A stretch of DNA of 64,000 nucleotides from NCBI GenBank assembly GCA_046483985.1, contig JAWOCD010000075.1, forward strand, positions 45,429 through 109,428, read 5' to 3'. The position numbers were made by a program, and so were the translations under genes. The first letter of the stretch is position 1. Every line of letters starts with the position of its first letter. Shown here in pieces: positions 61,357 to 64,000 of the stretch. The stretch comes from Promethearchaeia archaeon. Its GTDB lineage: Archaea; Asgardarchaeota; Lokiarchaeia; Sigyniarchaeales; SOKP01. The notes under the pieces are model-generated. The model was not told the origin of the DNA. It did no database searches and saw only the letters and a program-made list of their open reading frames with translations.

Positions 61357-61416
61357 GTGGTCTTACGATTTCAATATTTTTTATAAAATTTAAATATCAT
61401 ATAAAGTTTTAATATC

Positions 61417-61466
61417 AAAAATGGATTTCAATTTTAAAAATGGATTTCAATTTTAAAAATGGATTT
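61417..61466 (+). repeat. 19-bp tandem repeat (AAAAATGGATTTCAATTTT x2.6) spanning the start codon
   Basis: Direct reading. Confidence 0.9.
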
Positions 61467-62757
61467 AATTCTTCTAATCCTAATTGCAATTCTATTCTTT
61501 GTTATCCTTATCAGTTATTCTTTCAAAGATTTAGATTTTGTCGCAATTTCGCTTGCTTGTGCGTTTTTAGCAGCCACCATTACGGGGATAACTAAGGGAT
61601 TAGGATTAGAGATATTTATAGGCTTTATCGAATTTGAAGCGATTATCATCATACTTAGTATGAGTATCATCACAAAAATTGCTCAAGATTCGAATATTCT
61701 TGAATATCTTGCTGTTAAATTGTTTAAGATCTCAAAGGGTAATCAGAGAGTCTTTTTCTACCTAATTTGTTTAATAACCACCTTGTTGGCTGCAATTATT
61801 AACGATGTAGTGGTGGTTCTTATATTAGTTCCCGTTGTAGTGAGGCTCTGTAGATTTCTTAAAGTAAAAGCCGGTACTTATTTATTGGGAATGACAATTT
61901 GTATAAATATAGGTTCTATTATAACTCCTTTTTCAAGCGGGGAGAATATAATCATTTCTACCTATTTTAACTTAGATACCCTTTATTTTGTCCAAAACTT
62001 CTGGATCTTTTCGTTTTTTTTACTATTTGCCACGATATTTCTTCTTGATACTTTTCTCTTAAATAAAGAACCAAAGATTGAGGAAACTCAAAAAAATTTC
62101 GTATTGGATTTAATAGATGCAGATGTCATGATTAAAAATAAAAAGATGTTCTATTTTAATAGCATAGTGATTATTATAACCGTTGCACTATTTGCAATTC
62201 TCCCGAATCTTTATTTAACAGCATCATTTTCGGCGCTTTTTCTTGTCCTTACAAATCGGGGTTATACCAAAAAACCTTTAAGTGAACTATTACGGGATGT
62301 AGAATGGGAGATAGTTTTTTTCTTTATTGCCCTTTATATAGTAATTGGCTGTCTCATCGAGGCAGGTTTTAAAGATTTGTTTGAGAATATCCCGTTTGAA
62401 CAATTTAATCCCTTTTTATTGGGATTTATCTTGTTGATTGGAATAAGTTTAATTTCTGGCCTTGTTGCTAATACCCCCACCGCTCTCGTATTTATACCAA
62501 TTATTGAGCTATTGATTAACCAATATGAGTTCCCTGCCGCCCCCTTACTTTTTGCTTTTCTAATTGGGATAAATATTGGAGGGAATTTAATCCCGCAAGG
62601 AGCAGCGTGTGATATGATGACCCTAAAAATAGCACAAAAAAATAACGTGGAAAATCTAACCTTCAAGCGGTTATTAAAAACGGGAGGAACTTTTGCTACG
62701 ATCCATATCCTATTTTCAATTGGGTACTTGTTTTTATTAACTCTATTCTTTATATAA
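61459..62757 (+). CDS. ArsB/NhaD/SLC13 (ion transporter superfamily) permease
   Basis: NIGSIITP...ENIII, VEW..VFFFIALY, SGLVANTP, NIGGNL.P.GA. Confidence 0.88.
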   Translation: MDLILLILIAILFFVILISYSFKDLDFVAISLACAFLAATITGITKGLGLEIFIGFIEFEAIIIILSMSIITKIAQDSNILEYLAVKLFKISKGNQRVFFYLICLITTLLAAIINDVVVVLILVPVVVRLCRFLKVKAGTYLLGMTICINIGSIITPFSSGENIIISTYFNLDTLYFVQNFWIFSFFLLFATIFLLDTFLLNKEPKIEETQKNFVLDLIDADVMIKNKKMFYFNSIVIIITVALFAILPNLYLTASFSALFLVLTNRGYTKKPLSELLRDVEWEIVFFFIALYIVIGCLIEAGFKDLFENIPFEQFNPFLLGFILLIGISLISGLVANTPTALVFIPIIELLINQYEFPAAPLLFAFLIGINIGGNLIPQGAACDMMTLKIAQKNNVENLTFKRLLKTGGTFATIHILFSIGYLFLLTLFFI

Positions 62758-63003
62758 AAATTAGCTAGCCAGGCGGCAAAAATCCGGAACTTAAGGCATA
62801 CCCAAAACTTCCAAACCCCGATCTTACCTTTGTTCCAAGAGGCATTCTAAACTTCTCTTCAAAATGAGGTCCAATAAAAATTTCCTTGACGTTTTTATAC
62901 TGTTCATTCCTTAGTTTCTCTTAATAATTTGTGAATAATAATACAATATGAGAATTAAAATTAATTTCAATGATTGTTTATCATTTTATAAATAATTCAC
63001 AAA

Positions 63004-63666
63004 TTGGAGAAAGAATTGGGAATGGATCTTGCATTAATCGAATATATTCTCTGGGCTGTCGTATCTGTGGGAATTTTAATTTATTTTGTCTCATTTTTCC
63101 GGCGAGCGTTAAAAAACGAGTTAAAGGACTTCAATTTTGCCGCCTCCTCCATATTTTTAGCATTGTTTTTTGATTCAGTCAAACGTCTAATCTTTCCGGG
63201 GGAAATTTTCATGATCTTTATCAGTAATTTGGCCCTATCTGTTTTTACTCTGCCCTTAGTTTATCATTTAGAAAAAAATGTTATTAGAAAGACGAAACAA
63301 ATAATCTCTATTCTGATAGTGGTTCTCATCGGATTATTTTTAGCGATGACAATAATCTCCTCCTTTGAAAGAGCTACTATGAATTTATTTATCCTTTTTC
63401 CGTTGTTACTTGAAGTTGGATTAATAATTTTTGTCTATATTTATCTAATTCTGAAAGGAGTTGGTGAAATACGCAAAAGTTCCACATTCATCCTTACTGG
63501 TCTATTAATTACCATTTCAATGTGGTTCGTTCATAGCCAAATTGGACGAAGAGGACCTATGGTCATGCCTGGAATAGTCGATATTATCGGAATTCTTGCA
63601 CCGTTATCAATTTTTATAGGATTAACACTCTCTGCTTTTGGCTTCTTTAAAGTTGAGGAGGAATAG
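63004..63666 (+). CDS. About 7-TM membrane protein of unknown function
   Basis: About seven hydrophobic helices; start may be ATG 63022. Confidence 0.75.
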   Translation: MEKELGMDLALIEYILWAVVSVGILIYFVSFFRRALKNELKDFNFAASSIFLALFFDSVKRLIFPGEIFMIFISNLALSVFTLPLVYHLEKNVIRKTKQIISILIVVLIGLFLAMTIISSFERATMNLFILFPLLLEVGLIIFVYIYLILKGVGEIRKSSTFILTGLLITISMWFVHSQIGRRGPMVMPGIVDIIGILAPLSIFIGLTLSAFGFFKVEEE

Positions 63667-64000
63667 AAGAATTAAAATTACTTGTTTTTTTTTATTTTAA
63701 CCTTCTAAGAGTCTTAATTACTCAAAATATTTGAAATTCATAGTGGGACGGGCTTTTATTTCAAAAAATCTATTTTTGTGACAGGGAACTAAACTTTAAA
63801 TCTTAACTCGGTTAATTTTACAAAAGAAGGATCAATTATAAAATAACCGTTTTTGGGATTATCTACACGGAAATTACCCCACTTGCCACATTAGGCACCT
63901 CTATTAATCGCAAATTATTTGTAAGAAACGACCCCCTGATGGTGCGCTCTATTCGGATTTCATCCAATATTTCGGGATTATTTCGGACGATTATCCATAC

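Noticed and set aside
62765-62925. Minus-strand open stretch EKLRNEQY...GFGSFGYALSSG, possibly a transporter N-terminal remnant
   Set aside because: No start codon and similarity too weak to call.
63860-64000. Possible gene end or start at the window edge
   Set aside because: Several frames are open on both strands; cannot be assigned without flanking sequence.
1-64000. tRNA, rRNA, CRISPR arrays, intact transposases, prophage genes
   Set aside because: None recognised by eye; a tRNAscan-SE/Infernal run would be needed to exclude small RNAs.

Overview
AT-rich chromosomal segment of an archaeon, very probably an Asgard archaeon of the Lokiarchaeia (Promethearchaeota). That assignment is inferred from archaeal information genes (EF-2, TFB, rpoE1/spt4/rps24e/rps27ae/kae1/bud32, rps6e/rpl24e/rpoN/rpl7ae/rps28e, Taw1) sitting beside eukaryote-signature-type genes (Rab- and Arf/Rag-like small GTPases, two roadblock proteins, an MFS-longin fusion, a gelsolin-like protein) and carbohydrate/peptide catabolism genes. 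The main discovery is that the EF-2 gene really starts at 2518, not 2674. Its GTPase P-loop codons (AHID|HGKTT) are split by a 30-nt, stop-containing insert (2614-2643) that folds into a canonical bulge-helix-bulge (BHB). The predicted endonuclease cuts remove exactly the insert and restore the motif, so this is a candidate tRNA-type intron in a protein-coding mRNA. Other observations: an apparently obligate ATT start for rps6e; a 918-aa HTH/antiparallel coiled-coil/PLD-fold protein with a putative membrane-binding tip; a 101-bp promoter duplication flanking a D-aminoacylase gene; a family of IS200/IS605-type end remnants, including a 60-bp mini-element; a probably dead CoA-transferase/GNAT fusion opposite acs; and a candidate structured RNA. 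No tRNA, rRNA or CRISPR array was recognised.
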